This document shows, in pieces, positions 1 to 11,980 of a stretch of 64,000 bases of DNA (positions are counted from its first letter, which is position 1; each line of letters opens with the position of its first letter). The notes below the pieces were generated by a model. It was not told the origin of the DNA. It worked only from the letters and a program-made list of their open reading frames with translations, and did no database searches. The DNA lies in the NCBI RefSeq assembly GCF_006345805.1, contig NC_043014.1:23994001-24058000 (forward strand). Direction: 5' to 3'. This DNA is from Octopus sinensis. Lineage: Eukaryota. The translations under genes and the position numbers were made by a program.

Positions 1-306
1 TGGCATGTAAAAAACAACATTCAAGCATGGTCGTTGCCAATGCCACCGGACTGGCTCCCATGAAGGTAGCATGTAAAAAAAACCTTTTGAGCGTGGTTTT
101 TGCCAGAACCGCCTGACTGGCCCTCGTGCTGGTGGCACATAAAAAGCACGCACTACGCTCTCGGAGTGGTTGGCATTAGGAAGGGCATCCAGCTGTAGAA
201 ACTTTGCCAGATTAGATTGAGCCTGGTGCAGCCTCTGGCTCACCAGTCCTCAGTCAAACCATCCAACCCATGCCAGCATGGAAAGCGGACATTAAATGAT
301 GATGAT
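1..306 (+). mobile_element. RTE LINE 3' UTR end with (GAT)n tail
   Basis: Reverse complement of the terminus seen at 11981, 32844 and 36060. Confidence 0.88.
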
Positions 307-799
307 ATACAAATATGTGTGTGTGTCTTTGTGTCTGTGTTTGTCCCTATCACCACTTGACAACTGGTGTTGGTGTGGTTAGGTTCCCATAACTTAGCAG
401 TTTGGATAAAAGAGACTGATAGAATAAGTATTAGGCTTAAGAAATTAGTCCTGAGGTCGATTTATTCAACTAAAACCCTTCAAGGCAGTGCTCTAGCATG
501 GTCGCAGTCAAATGACTGAAACAAGTAAAAGAATAAAAGAATATATGACAAAGAAATAAAGAAGGTACCGAGTGGTCGTGGGATGTGCTAGAAACAACAG
601 CAAAATCTCCCTTAAATCACACACCTTTTTGTCTGGAAATTATAACAGAGGCCAGTTTTACCCAATTAATGGCTGAGAGGAAGCTGTTTCTGAAAGGTTG
701 GACAGAAATGATGAATGCCTACACTGCCTCCATTATTATTTATCACTTGACCATCGTGCCTAGCTCTAGCGACCACTCAATCAAATTAGAATGTCTATT

Positions 800-1320
800 A
801 TTTATGTATTTTATGGAAAGAACATGTTCCAATGGTCAGTCTGCTGTCAGAATTCTGTGTGGTGAATTAGGTATGCTGTAGCTTCATGTGTAGACATACA
901 CTGAAGTAACAACACCTGGAATGAAATGTTTTATCAGGCACTTACAGCCTTCTACAGTCATGTGTGCGGGATCTGTCTGTTGGCTCAGTTAGGTAGGTTA
1001 GGCAGTTTTTCTTTGTCTGGAGTCGACTGCCAAAAACGTTGTTTAGTGAACAACTCTGAAAGACATGAGAACAGACAATTTCCTCTTTGACAGATCCCTC
1101 ATTAACTTTTTCAAGTTCCACTTGAAAAGGAAAGTAAGAGTTGAGAAAGAGTCAGTGTCTTCAACCGAATTTATTGAAAAGTAGGTGAATGTTGCAAAAA
1201 TTGCAAGAGTGAATGGCTCCACTTTAAGTATAGAACTGTAAATTGGAGAAATGGAACTGGAGATGGCACTTAACCATGGTGTCCACAGAAAACTTTCTGA
1301 ATTCTTCAATTGTCCCTAGA
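800..1320 (-). mobile_element. Possible highly degraded Penelope-like C-terminal remnant
   Basis: Broken reading frames weakly resembling the PLE linker/GIY-YIG region (LFK, KEKLP); no intact motif. Confidence 0.3.
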
Positions 1321-1559
1321 GGTCCACCTGATAAAGGACCACATCACTATTACCTATATTTTTTTTAAAAATACACTATACATACTTCCTTTTTTATTAT
1401 TGTATACCACGTATACATGTTACTCTTTCTGATATCATCTCATTTTATGTAAATCACTGGACTTTATATCTGTATTGTCTCACTTGTCTGTCACTCTGGT
1501 AGCAATTAAAGAAATCATTAGTATTATTATTATTAAGGCAAGATGGCGGAATCATTAGC

Positions 1560-2285
1560 ATGCTGGACAAAATACTAAGTGGAATTTTTCTACATTTACA
1601 ATCTGAACAAAGGATGCATTCAACTTCCCAATCCACTGAGCAGATCACACTATCATTATCCATTGACTTAAATACACTGTCTAGATACAATCTGGATGAC
1701 CAATTGTAGTTGTTCCATGTCCACACTGGCTGGCACACCAGGAAAATTCAATCAAAAGCTATCAGACAGCTGGAAGATTCTGAGCAAGTTTTGAGGCTTT
1801 TGGACCACATTCTACTATATATTAATTACCCCCCCCACACACACACAATCTTTCTGTGCATCCAAAAGACAATTTCAATCCCCAACAAGTACCAAAGAGC
1901 AATATATTCTCGAAACATTTCTACACGCCTAAAGTAATCTGGACTTCCAGCCCCTGTTGGAGCATAAATCGTTACCAGTCTAATGACACCACACTTTCCA
2001 CCACTCACATGCAGGACCACTAATCGACTGTCTGGTCCAAAAAGACTGCTCGTAGTTGGAGATCTAAAGATTCTCAGAATAGCACAGTTACCTTTCCACC
2101 TCATCCCAACAGACCACGAGATATGTCATTGATCATGGAGCTTGTGCATGCTTTCTAGTAATACTTGTCTCACCAATGGCTGCTACATTTAAATTAAGCA
2201 GCAGGAAATCATTGAGCAAGTGACCTGGCTTCCAAGCTGACCCCAGGTCATGCACATTCAAACTCCTCACTCTCAACAGTCATGT
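1560..2285 (-). mobile_element. L1/Tx1-like APE endonuclease remnant
   Basis: ORF 1826..2104 RLVVLHV...IRLVTIYAP...DYFRR; broken frames. Confidence 0.6.
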
Positions 2286-2509
2286 TAGTTGGAGAAAAAC
2301 GGAAATTGCTCACCTTGATTTTTGAGGAGTTAGGATGTTTCAAACCTCTTTGGATGAAAGTTTTTTAAAAGTCTTCTATTCATAGTTTTTTGTTAATCTC
2401 AACACTAATGGGAATTTTTCCAATTTATTTTACAAATCAGAAGACGTCTGCCATTAGTACACCCATTCACTATTTATGCTTTCTCTCTAAGAGAAAGACA
2501 AGTGAAATG

Positions 2510-2642
2510 ATCATCATCATTTAACAGGCATTGTCCATGCTGGCATGGACTGAGCAGTTTGACTAGGGCTGGTAAGCTGAGGGGCTGCACCAGACTCCAA
2601 TCTGATTTGGCATGGTTTCTATAGCTGGATGCCCTTCCTAAC
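2510..2642 (-). mobile_element. Short RTE 3' terminal fragment
   Basis: (cat)n ttaac...ccatgctggcatgg...gctggatgcccttcctaac. Confidence 0.8.
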
Positions 2643-3526
2643 GGCTTGTATTTCATCTCTGAGATTTTGAAGCAAACACCATGTATGTGTATGGGTGAGA
2701 GATTAATATGATGGGTTTTAGAATCAGCAGAACATTGGACAAACTAATTTCTAATATATATTTGGTTATGCCTCCTTTAAATTCTGAATTCAAATCCAGC
2801 TCAGGTCCACAAGTAATGAACCTTCATGTCCATGAGAGATTATCCCCTGATCTACTTTACATTTTTAGAAGCCATAGATAATTACCATTAGTGCCATATT
2901 TAGTAAGTCAAGAAATTATAATTTATTAGAATTATATTGAAGTATGAACAAACAACTCATAATGTTAATGACTCAATCAGGTCAAGAAAAGTATGTGAGA
3001 TAATATATACAATTTTTTAATTAAATACAATGGTTAGAACTTTGGTATTTCAATGAGAATTGTGGATAGTCTCATACATCACAACCACTGTTACTCCAAG
3101 ACCTTAGAATAACTAGAGAAAATATAGGTCTACTTTTTAAAATAAATATGGAATTAGTCATTTAAATAATGACTGTTTTCTAGGGATATAATTATAATTA
3201 AAATTTCTGAGCTCATTATGTTAAATATGTTAGTGCCACTTTACTACTTGTTCTTCATGTAGCAGATGTCCTTGGATATACTTTCCTCCAATTATCTTAC
3301 TAGGTAAAGCACTAGCCCCATAGAGCTTTAATTCAGAAAACGATTGATGTTTTGATATGTTGCTATTTAGTCCTGAAAGAACAGCGTGAATATTTGATCA
3401 AAGACATTCTAGCTGGAGGGAGGAAGTAATCATAATTTAATACCTGTTTTTCATGTTGGCAAGCTTGAGGACAGTGCCAAGTTATACTGTCCAGTAATAT
3501 CTTGTTCAATATATTCTAAGACAGTA

Positions 3527-3725
3527 GGGCAGTGAGCTGGCAGAATCATTAGCATGCCAGGCAAAATGCATAGTGGTATTTTGTCTCCTGATATGTTGAG
3601 TTCAACTGTCTTTCATCCTTTCAGGGTCAATTAAATAAGTACCAGTTACACACTGGAGTTGAAGTAATTGACTTAATCCCTTTGCCTGTCCTATGTTTAG
3701 CCCCCTGTGGGCAATAAAGAAATAA
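3527..3725 (+). mobile_element. SINE with Nin/Deu-like domain; second copy 48652-48866, fragments at 4815-4950 and 31145-31240
   Basis: gagctggcagaa head and ctttcatcc...ggggtc...aaataagtaccagt central domain repeated in the window. Confidence 0.7.
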
Positions 3726-4079
3726 ATATATTCTAAGACAATAGTGTGATTTTATGAAGGCTTGACTACTATTTCTAGCAGGCCAGGCCACCAAATAGAG
3801 GCTCCCTCCTTAACTGGAACTATTTTTTTAAGACAGTTCTGAATGCCATCATCTGTATTTCCACAATACTCTTTCCTTATAGTTTACATGAAGCATTGTT
3901 ATTGAAATACCAACCATAATGTGTGATGAAAGCCACAACACACATGTCTATGTTTACCGAGGGTAACTTAGCCATTTGATAAATACAGATTTGGTAAAAC
4001 AAGTGCCAGAATGCAATAAGGTGGTGCCTCATCTTGGTCACAGACTGAATTAATAAAAGTAAATTTCAGCAAAGTACTA

Positions 4080-4575
4080 CGAGGTGGTATCAAAAGGTTC
4101 CCAGACTAGTTATGTTTAATAAAAAATAACTTATTTACTTAAGTTTTAATATCATCTCTTTCAAAATAGTCACCTTGTATGGCAGTACATCAGTTCCAGT
4201 ATTCCTGCCACTTATGGAATCTAGCTTGGAAGGCATTTTCTCTGAGTGAGTCGAGGACCTTCTGCGATTTGCTCTTGATCTTGACAATGGTGTTAAATCG
4301 ACAACCTTTGAGCTGTATTTTCATCTTGAGGAGATGGAAATCTGCAGATGCTAAATCTGGCAAAAAGGGTGGGTGCAGAAGCGATGCCATGCTGTTTTTG
4401 GCGAGAAACTTATGAGCAGGAGAGCTTGGTGACATGGTGCATTGTTGTTGTGAAGAATCCAATTCTGGTTGCTTTTATCGAATTTTCTTCCCCAAAATCT
4501 TCAAAATGTCATTGATTGTCCTCCAGCAATCCTCATGCACAAGCTGATAAATTTTCTCCACATTTCCAGTGATGA
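4080..4575 (-). mobile_element. mariner transposon 3' remnant
   Basis: TA|CGAGG terminus; HPPFLPDLASADFHL corresponds to HPPYSPDLAPSDF. Confidence 0.85.
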
Positions 4576-7359
4576 AACATGTGGAATAAGGGTAAGAAAC
4601 TATTGGTTGGGTCTCCTGCTACAAGAAACCTGTTTCGGTTTACTGACAGAACATGACATCAGACCCACACATACTGATGAATAGATTTTTTCATATTTTC
4701 TGATTTACTTTTTTGTTGTTGCAAGATTATTTTGACTGAATATTTTGACTGAAATGTCTGAGATAAATTGTTTTTAACAAGATTATAATTATTCAAACTG
4801 TACATATGGCAATAAGGCAGTGAAGTGGTAGTACTGGATAGACAGTCTAATGCTATATGTCCAGGCTCTCAGCATTCAAATTCCACTGATATTAACATAA
4901 CCATTCCATCCCTCTGAGGTAGGTAAATTATCAGCTATGTACTGGGGCATATTTGTTTCTCCCTCTCAGAATCATTGTGTTCTGGGGAGCTACTAACAGC
5001 ATCCTTTCTCCAACAATAGAGAAAGGTTGAGTAAGGACTTGCAGCTTCTCGCAGGAAAACTAATATGCAACTAGAACCATCGAAAGACAGAGTGACAGCA
5101 CAAAATAGGAATAAAGAAGATAAGCATCAATAGTTGTGAGGGTAAAAGGGCAATAACAATATAGAATTCCAGAAATAAAAATGAAACAGTGAGGGAGCCA
5201 CTAAATGGTTGTTTGATATGCTAGAAATAACACTCAAACCTCTTATATCACTTGAAAAAGTGAAAGACACATTAGTGTAGTCTGAGATATACTTTGCTAG
5301 GAAAAAAAAAAAAAAGATTGGTCATGGCTAGAATATTTTTGATGCACAGAACCTAGAACAAATAAGATAGCTGATGATCAGAAAGATCAGGTAACTAAAA
5401 CAACGTTGATACAAATATTTAAATACTAGTAGTCTGAAAAATTAATTACATTTGTTTTGTTGCTCAGTCTCCTGCAACATCATCAGATAGATGCTGATAG
5501 ACATTCTGCAGTTGCTCAATGCACAAGAAATAGCAGCCAAATCTCCAAATTACAACTTCATCATCTGGCATGATTTGGATAGTTTTTCTGAGGCAGTGTA
5601 TTATGACCAGATACTCTTTCTGTTGCCAACTTTTAGTCACCTTTAACAACATGCATGAGCATGGAATATCAATTCTAAAACAGATAGACAAGAAGTACAT
5701 ATTGGACAATTTAGTGTCTGATAAACAATGGTCATGACTAAAATACCTTTGATCACAGATCTGTATGATTAGTGGTCAAACAACAACACTCATCTGCTCA
5801 ACCTGGGATTGAACTTGTGAACTTCATTCAGTTCCAACAGTTTTATCAACAATGTTACTGACAATATTTGGAGACATGTGAGGAATGGGGACAACAGTTC
5901 TACAGAGTTTTTACATACCAGTTCACTGTTGATATTTTTTTAAAAACTATTTTGTTACCAGATTTCTGTTAAACTACACAGTCTTATTTTGAAAATAATG
6001 AAGAATTTAGTAAAATGACTTTGTTATTATTAAACTGGTGCTTGGAGCATGACATGAGGTTTTAATTTAAATCACTTCAAAACAGGAAATTTGTATCATA
6101 GAATAAAGATGGTCTCAGTTGGGCTGGTACCTAAAGGATGAAGGAACATGAGGATTACAGGTAAGAAACTATGGGCTGTGTCCATAGAAATGTGGCTCTT
6201 CACTGATAGAACATTACTTTGTCAAAAATAGGTGGCTTACTAGTGTTAACTGTTTTAACCTTTCAGTATTCAGATTTCTTTGTCAAATAAATTGTTTACT
6301 TATTCACATTGTTTTGAAATAATCCTGCATTATCTTGTAGCTTTGAGATTTCAATGGGCCAGATTAAATGCAAAAGGGTTAAGGCATTTAACATGTGGGA
6401 TGATCACCAATAAAATGTGCTCAATTTAGTGGTGTACTTGGTGGTATGCTATGGTCTAGACTTATGTTATCCCTATGATCAAATTTATTCTGTCTCCATC
6501 CCTATTATATTTTTTTACTCACAATTTACCCAGGACTATATTATTCAATGTGTCAATTCTGATTGAGCAGGTAGTGACCCCTAAATGTGAACTAGATTTG
6601 TTTCTTCAGATATACCTTGCCTACTGCAGAACCTAGCATGCAGTCATGAATGCCTTAAAATGGATGAATATATTGGTGCACAAACAGAAACTAATGGTAG
6701 CACTACATGTTCACCGATGATATTGTCTCTTTGATTGTACACAATGTCTTGTACATGTTATAACACAGCAAGCCTTTGGTGTATTATAGACACTGACTGC
6801 AATAGCTGGAGCCTTCACATTCCTCTGACCCAATCCTTCCTCCTCAGAATGTCAAATTTCTGAAATACCTTTATTTCTCATGTCCTTTTTTGTTTTTCCA
6901 AAATGTTCATATGCAACAGTTTAATAGGAACATTCATAGCATCAATGTCGCTAACCTTAGAGGGCCTGCTCCTGCTTACTGACATAACAACTATTAAAAA
7001 AAAAACTGTCCTTCTTTTCAATGCACTCTAGGATGTGTGTGTGTAACAGCAACACAATCTCTGATATGGGAGCAGTATCCCATTGTAAGCATTACATAAA
7101 CTTTGTAAAGAAACAGCTATCGACATGATTTTCTGATCTTAAGAAAGAAGACAGATCTTTGGGATATAAATTTGATTATGTCATAACTAAGTAAATTGAA
7201 TATGATGAAAAAATACAAGGCAAGGTAGGAGCAAAATCTTGGAAAAAAGATCATTTCTTTTTTATCAAAAGAAAATATATATAGGAAAACACACACACAC
7301 ATACAACTGCATGCACATGCATGTATGCAAAATTTATACAATTTATATATATATACAGC

Positions 7360-7486
7360 CATAAATGACAGAAATATTTAGATGAATCTTTATTTAATGA
7401 TAAAAATCCAAATATCTAAAAGTCGTGATATTTGGATATTTTATTGTTAAATAAAGATTCATCTAAATATTTCTCTGTCATTTATG
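7360..7486. repeat. Long near-perfect inverted repeat (~55-bp arms)
   Basis: cataaatgacagaaatatttagatgaatctttatttaa...ttaaataaagattcatctaaatatttctctgtcatttatg. Confidence 0.9.
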
Positions 7487-7776
7487 ATTATTATACACTC
7501 CTTATTATATTCTCTTGTATATTACTATATATATTATATATGGTTTGTATAATGACACATTAAAGAGCTTTTTTATGAGTACTAGAAGATTACTTGAATC
7601 CATATATTGTGACTTTATATATATATACATATATACACACATATATATTAAGTACATGCAAATGCTCAAACACAACCACACACACTATATAGATATATTA
7701 CAAGTAGATACAAATGTTCATACGTCATCATTATCATTTAACATCTGCCTGCTGGCATGGATGGGACAGGCACTAT

Positions 7777-7834
<58 letters not shown>

Positions 7835-7835
<1 letters not shown>

Positions 7836-7964
7836 TGGAAACGTGAAACTCAGAGTAACAGGTTTTGTTGAATTTTCTGCTGCTTTTAAATAAAGCATAT
7901 TACTCTACCACTGGTATTTGAGTACTCTTTTTTCCACCTTGTTTCACATTTATGTGTTTACTCT

Positions 7965-7966
<2 letters not shown>
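7835..7966 (+). mobile_element. Second copy of the hammerhead-bearing (PLE-type) fragment embedded in (TA)n; 5' half of ribozyme core missing
   Basis: ATG gaaa CGT GAAA CTCAGAG TA ACAG plus ~35 nt downstream nearly identical to 39678-39737. Confidence 0.7.
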
Positions 7967-8008
<42 letters not shown>

Positions 8009-8275
8009 ATATAATGCATAGTTGAAAGTATAAGCAGTGTAAGATATCAAGTAAATGATTCATTAAGAACTGATGACAAACACACACACACACACAAAAG
8101 GAAACAGACAAAAGATAACCCTGTTTCAATAACAGAGAAATAAAATCTTTTCTTTTAATATTCAATAAACTGTATTCTTTAGTCATTCTTTTCTTCCCAA
8201 CATGATCCTTAAACCTGACTTCCTCACTCACAAGCTACCAATGGAAAACTAACTGAAGTGAGTGCTAAGATGAAG

Positions 8276-8967
8276 TTAAGTACTTAGGTATTGTTCTGTA
8301 GTTGCATTAGCTAAGAGATTGATAGCTGAGAAGTCCACAGTGGTAACCATTTGTTGGCCAGTTTGTTCGTCCCTTGTGATTAGGCTTGGATCAACAGTGA
8401 TTTGGTATACCTCTGTTGCAGTGTGCTGTCCACAGTCCTCACTTGGGATGGTTGTAAGGTGGTGGGTGGCAGTTGGTGAAGTGGAGTGATCCACTCCAGA
8501 CTCTGCAGCAGCAGCTGCTGCCACCACTGCCTGCTGCTCCAGTGCCTTACACTCTTCATCTGTAACATTTCCTGATGTCACAATGTATGTCATGACAGGT
8601 GACGTGTTGTCTTCCACTGTGACTGTCTCGTTTGTTACTGCTTCTTCCTCTAACACCGACGCAGCTGCTGCCGCTGCCAGCTTGTCTACATTATCATTAT
8701 CATCATCTCCAGTTGTTGGCAATGCCACACCTTGCAATTCTAAGGAACTACCAGCATCCTGCACAAGTTTGTGTCGTCGCACATGGCGGTAGTATGTGGA
8801 CATATCATAGAAAGAGAGGTTACACATTTTGCATGAATAAGGCTTGTGTCCTGTATGTTGGTTAAGGTGTTCCTTCAGATACTGAAGTCTAGTGAATGTC
8901 TTTGGGCAGAGGTTACACAAAAATGGTCGTGCTCCAGAGTGTTTCAACTTGTGACGCTGCAGATCTC
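8276..8967 (-). CDS. C2H2 zinc-finger gene last exon (end of finger 6, fingers 7-8, acidic/poly-Ala tail, stop)
   Basis: tttctttgcag|GA GAT CTG gives TKGDLQRHKLKHSGARPF; ORF 8276..8947; spliced total 2037 nt is divisible by 3. Confidence 0.95.
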
Positions 8968-9217
8968 CTGCAAAGAAACAAAAATAACAAGTATGACAAC
9001 ATTAATACAGCAATAAATAACAGGAGTATTGTGTTAATGATAATGGTGGTGGTGAACATGTTGGTAATGATGGTGAAGATGTTGGTAAAATAGGTGAGCT
9101 CTGTATAAGAAGACCTTATGTTAACAACATTCCCATCATGACTACAATATCTATATTTTTAAGCATCAGAAGATATAATTTGAGGGATATATTTTGCTGC
9201 TATTTCTAGTTTGTTAA

Positions 9218-10244
9218 CCCTTTCGTTACTATATTTCTGACCAAAATACACCCCTTATGTGTTTCAATTAATTTCTAACGTAATCATAAATTTAGTCTGG
9301 TTTCATTAAACAACTATAACTTTTTTATTTATCAATATATTAATCTGATTTTTGGAAGATAATTTAATGAAATATTCTCAACCAATTCTATACTATAATT
9401 TTTGTCACAAAGTGACTCTAATTGCAGGTAGATACAGGTAAATTCAACAAAATATAAAATTAAAATTTTGTTCAAACATCGCTATAGAAAATTCAATATT
9501 CAATTGGGTATACAACAAAATTTTACGATAGAATTTGTTATTCTGGGTAACTTTCTGATACCCATAATAATATTTACGGCAAAATAGTCTTAATTTCATT
9601 TAAGGTTATGGGAAACCACAAACTATCGTTTCTTTCGCTTTGTTTACGTTTAGCGTAACGGTTCGTTTTCGCCGTAATGATTTCAAATAGGCTCATTCGA
9701 AAAAGTAAAAAGAAATAGTCTAAGGCTTTACTCCTCTGGGAAAGTCTGTGGCTTGGTCCAGTTTCTTCAGAAAAATCACCGAAAGAAACAGTTTAAAAAT
9801 TTTCACTCCATTCAGGTGCCAATTCGTTTTCTTTATCGCTGTCGGAGCTCTCGAATTCAGTTTTCACTTTCGGAAAATGAAACATCAGGTTCATTATCAA
9901 ATACCATGTGCTTTTTTTTTTCAGTCATAGAGTTAGATTTATGAAGGTCTTCAGTAGAAAATCCTTCGAATTCTGACTCGCTGCTTGATATAATGAAATT
10001 CGTATCCATTTTTTGTCAGAATTACAAATTTTGAAAACACAATAGGAACAAATTTCGGAAAAAAATCTCTCAAAATTCACGGAATTAAAATTACACTTCG
10101 ATTATTGTACAAAACTGTAGTTGAACTGTTTATGAAGTATAATACGTGTTTTCACGAATGTACTAAAGAGATTTGCTCTGATATTCTCATTTAAATATGA
10201 ATAGGTAAATTCGGGCGGCTTTGGGTGGTTTGGTAATGAAAGGG
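9218..10244 (-). mobile_element. Non-autonomous piggyBac element in intron 4
   Basis: TTAA on both sides; TIRs CCCTTTCGTTAC / GTAATGAAAGGG; internal acidic start MDTNFIISSSESEFEGFSTEDL at 10009. Confidence 0.88.
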
Positions 10245-11067
10245 TTAAGCACAGAATTTCTTTCATTGGTTTACATATGTATGCTGAAGACGTTGGTGGT
10301 GATGGGACATCTTTCAGTCATAACTAAAACATTAAAACAAGGTGGGGCATCTTTCAATACTCACTAAACATTGAAATAAAACAGGATATCTTTTAATACT
10401 TACTAATTATGCTGGCACAAGAGGGACATCCCTGTATGTTAAACAACAGTAGTAGTAATCTAACTTTGTGTAGCTGAGTTGTTGAATGAATTCCAAATGA
10501 AGTACATAATGTGTTTGTTGAAGTAAGTGGAGCATAGCTAAATCAACAAAAACTCCTGATTAAGCCAAATCCCTACATAACAATACCACTTATCAAACAA
10601 AACAAACATACACAAGCCACTGAAGAGGATCTGTATGTTGTCACTCAATATCTTATATATAGCAATCATATCTCCCTCAAATCACACACTACTGTCCTTG
10701 AAGAAAGGTATATTGAACAATGTAGTGCTTGATAAAAAAAAACCCAAAATACACAAGACTGTCATTGCTGGAACACCTTTGATCAGGACTATCCAGGACT
10801 AAACAACAATAACTCAATGGAGGAGTAACCAAGTCATCACCTGATTGGCTAGAAACAGCAGCCAAATCTCCCTCAAACCTCAAACCATATTCCACCATCA
10901 AAAAAAAAAAAAAAAAAAAGAAACATGCCATAGTGTAATTCAAAATGCCTGAACAAAATGGAAAATAAGATGGTCATATTTGAAACATCTCTGATTATTA
11001 TGTTCAATCAGCACTGACATAGAGTTAAGTAACAACAAAACAAGTAAAATGAACATGTTCAACTAAC

Positions 11068-11276
11068 CTTTAGTAAAAAATGATGCATTACAGTCAGTTT
11101 CAGGGCATTGAAAGGTTCGATGGTTTAAATGTCGCTTCTGATGTAAACGCAGCTGAGATTTCTGACGGAAGGCTTTACCACATGTATCACAGAGGTGCCC
11201 TTTATGACCTGTGTGGAGGTAAATGTGTGTCTGCAGGATTCCTGTTTGGGCAAATCCACGACCACAGATCTTACAC
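11068..11276 (-). CDS. C2H2 zinc-finger gene exon 4 (fingers 4-5, first half of 6)
   Basis: ttccag|G TGT AAG completes PYKCKICGRGF; ends ACT AAA G|GTTAG (phase 1). Confidence 0.95.
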
Positions 11277-11334
11277 CTGGAATACAAGGCATATATGTAT
11301 TTAATGATAAGCAAAGGTATGGTTATTTAGCTAA

Positions 11335-11545
11335 CCCTTTAGTATTCAGTAACATGTAATGCTTATTTATTCACATTGTTTTGAATTAATCATGCACTGT
11401 CTTGTAGCTTTGAGATTTTGATGATGGGATTGTTTATATTCAGTATGACATTGTAGGGTAGGCGTTAGAGGCTGGATCTGATTGGCTTGAACATAAAACA
11501 GGTGGTACATTTTGGCCAAATGTTGCTGATTTAAATGCTAAAGAA
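11335..11545. mobile_element. piggyBac-type MITE (same family as 25035-25256, opposite orientation; shorter copy at ~6259-6379)
   Basis: taa|CCCTTTAG start, shared internal sequence, degenerate right end before TTAA. Confidence 0.75.
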
Positions 11546-11980
11546 TTAAGAAATTCACTTCAGAACCATGTGGTTTATGGTTGTTCAAACTTTTTGGAGA
11601 CATTGTCAACTGGACTTCTGTTACAGCTATGGTGATTAATGCTTTGTAAGTGAAATTTGATAGAAACTAGAAGAAGCTTAATATTCATTTGTTAACACTG
11701 CTAGCAGTAGTAGATGTGTTAAATTAGAAACAACCAATGAGCTAGTGTCTACATAGCAACAAACAGTTGCTCCGCAGAAATGGGAGTGGTTAACATTTTC
11801 AAGTACTAACAGCTCCATTATTGTTACGTGGCAAGGAATTCATATTCAGATGACATTCCTGGTGATAAGAAACCAGTTAAAAGATCTGAGTGTCACCAGT
11901 ATGCTATAAGCAAGTATAATAACAGTAAAATGAATGAAACAATAAAATAATAAAAAAAGTAGATGTTAAAAAATATATAC

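Noticed and set aside
8380-9093. Alternative-frame and antisense ORFs over the last zinc-finger exon (also 29493-30024)
   Set aside because: Shadows of the real CDS with no independent splice signals or motifs
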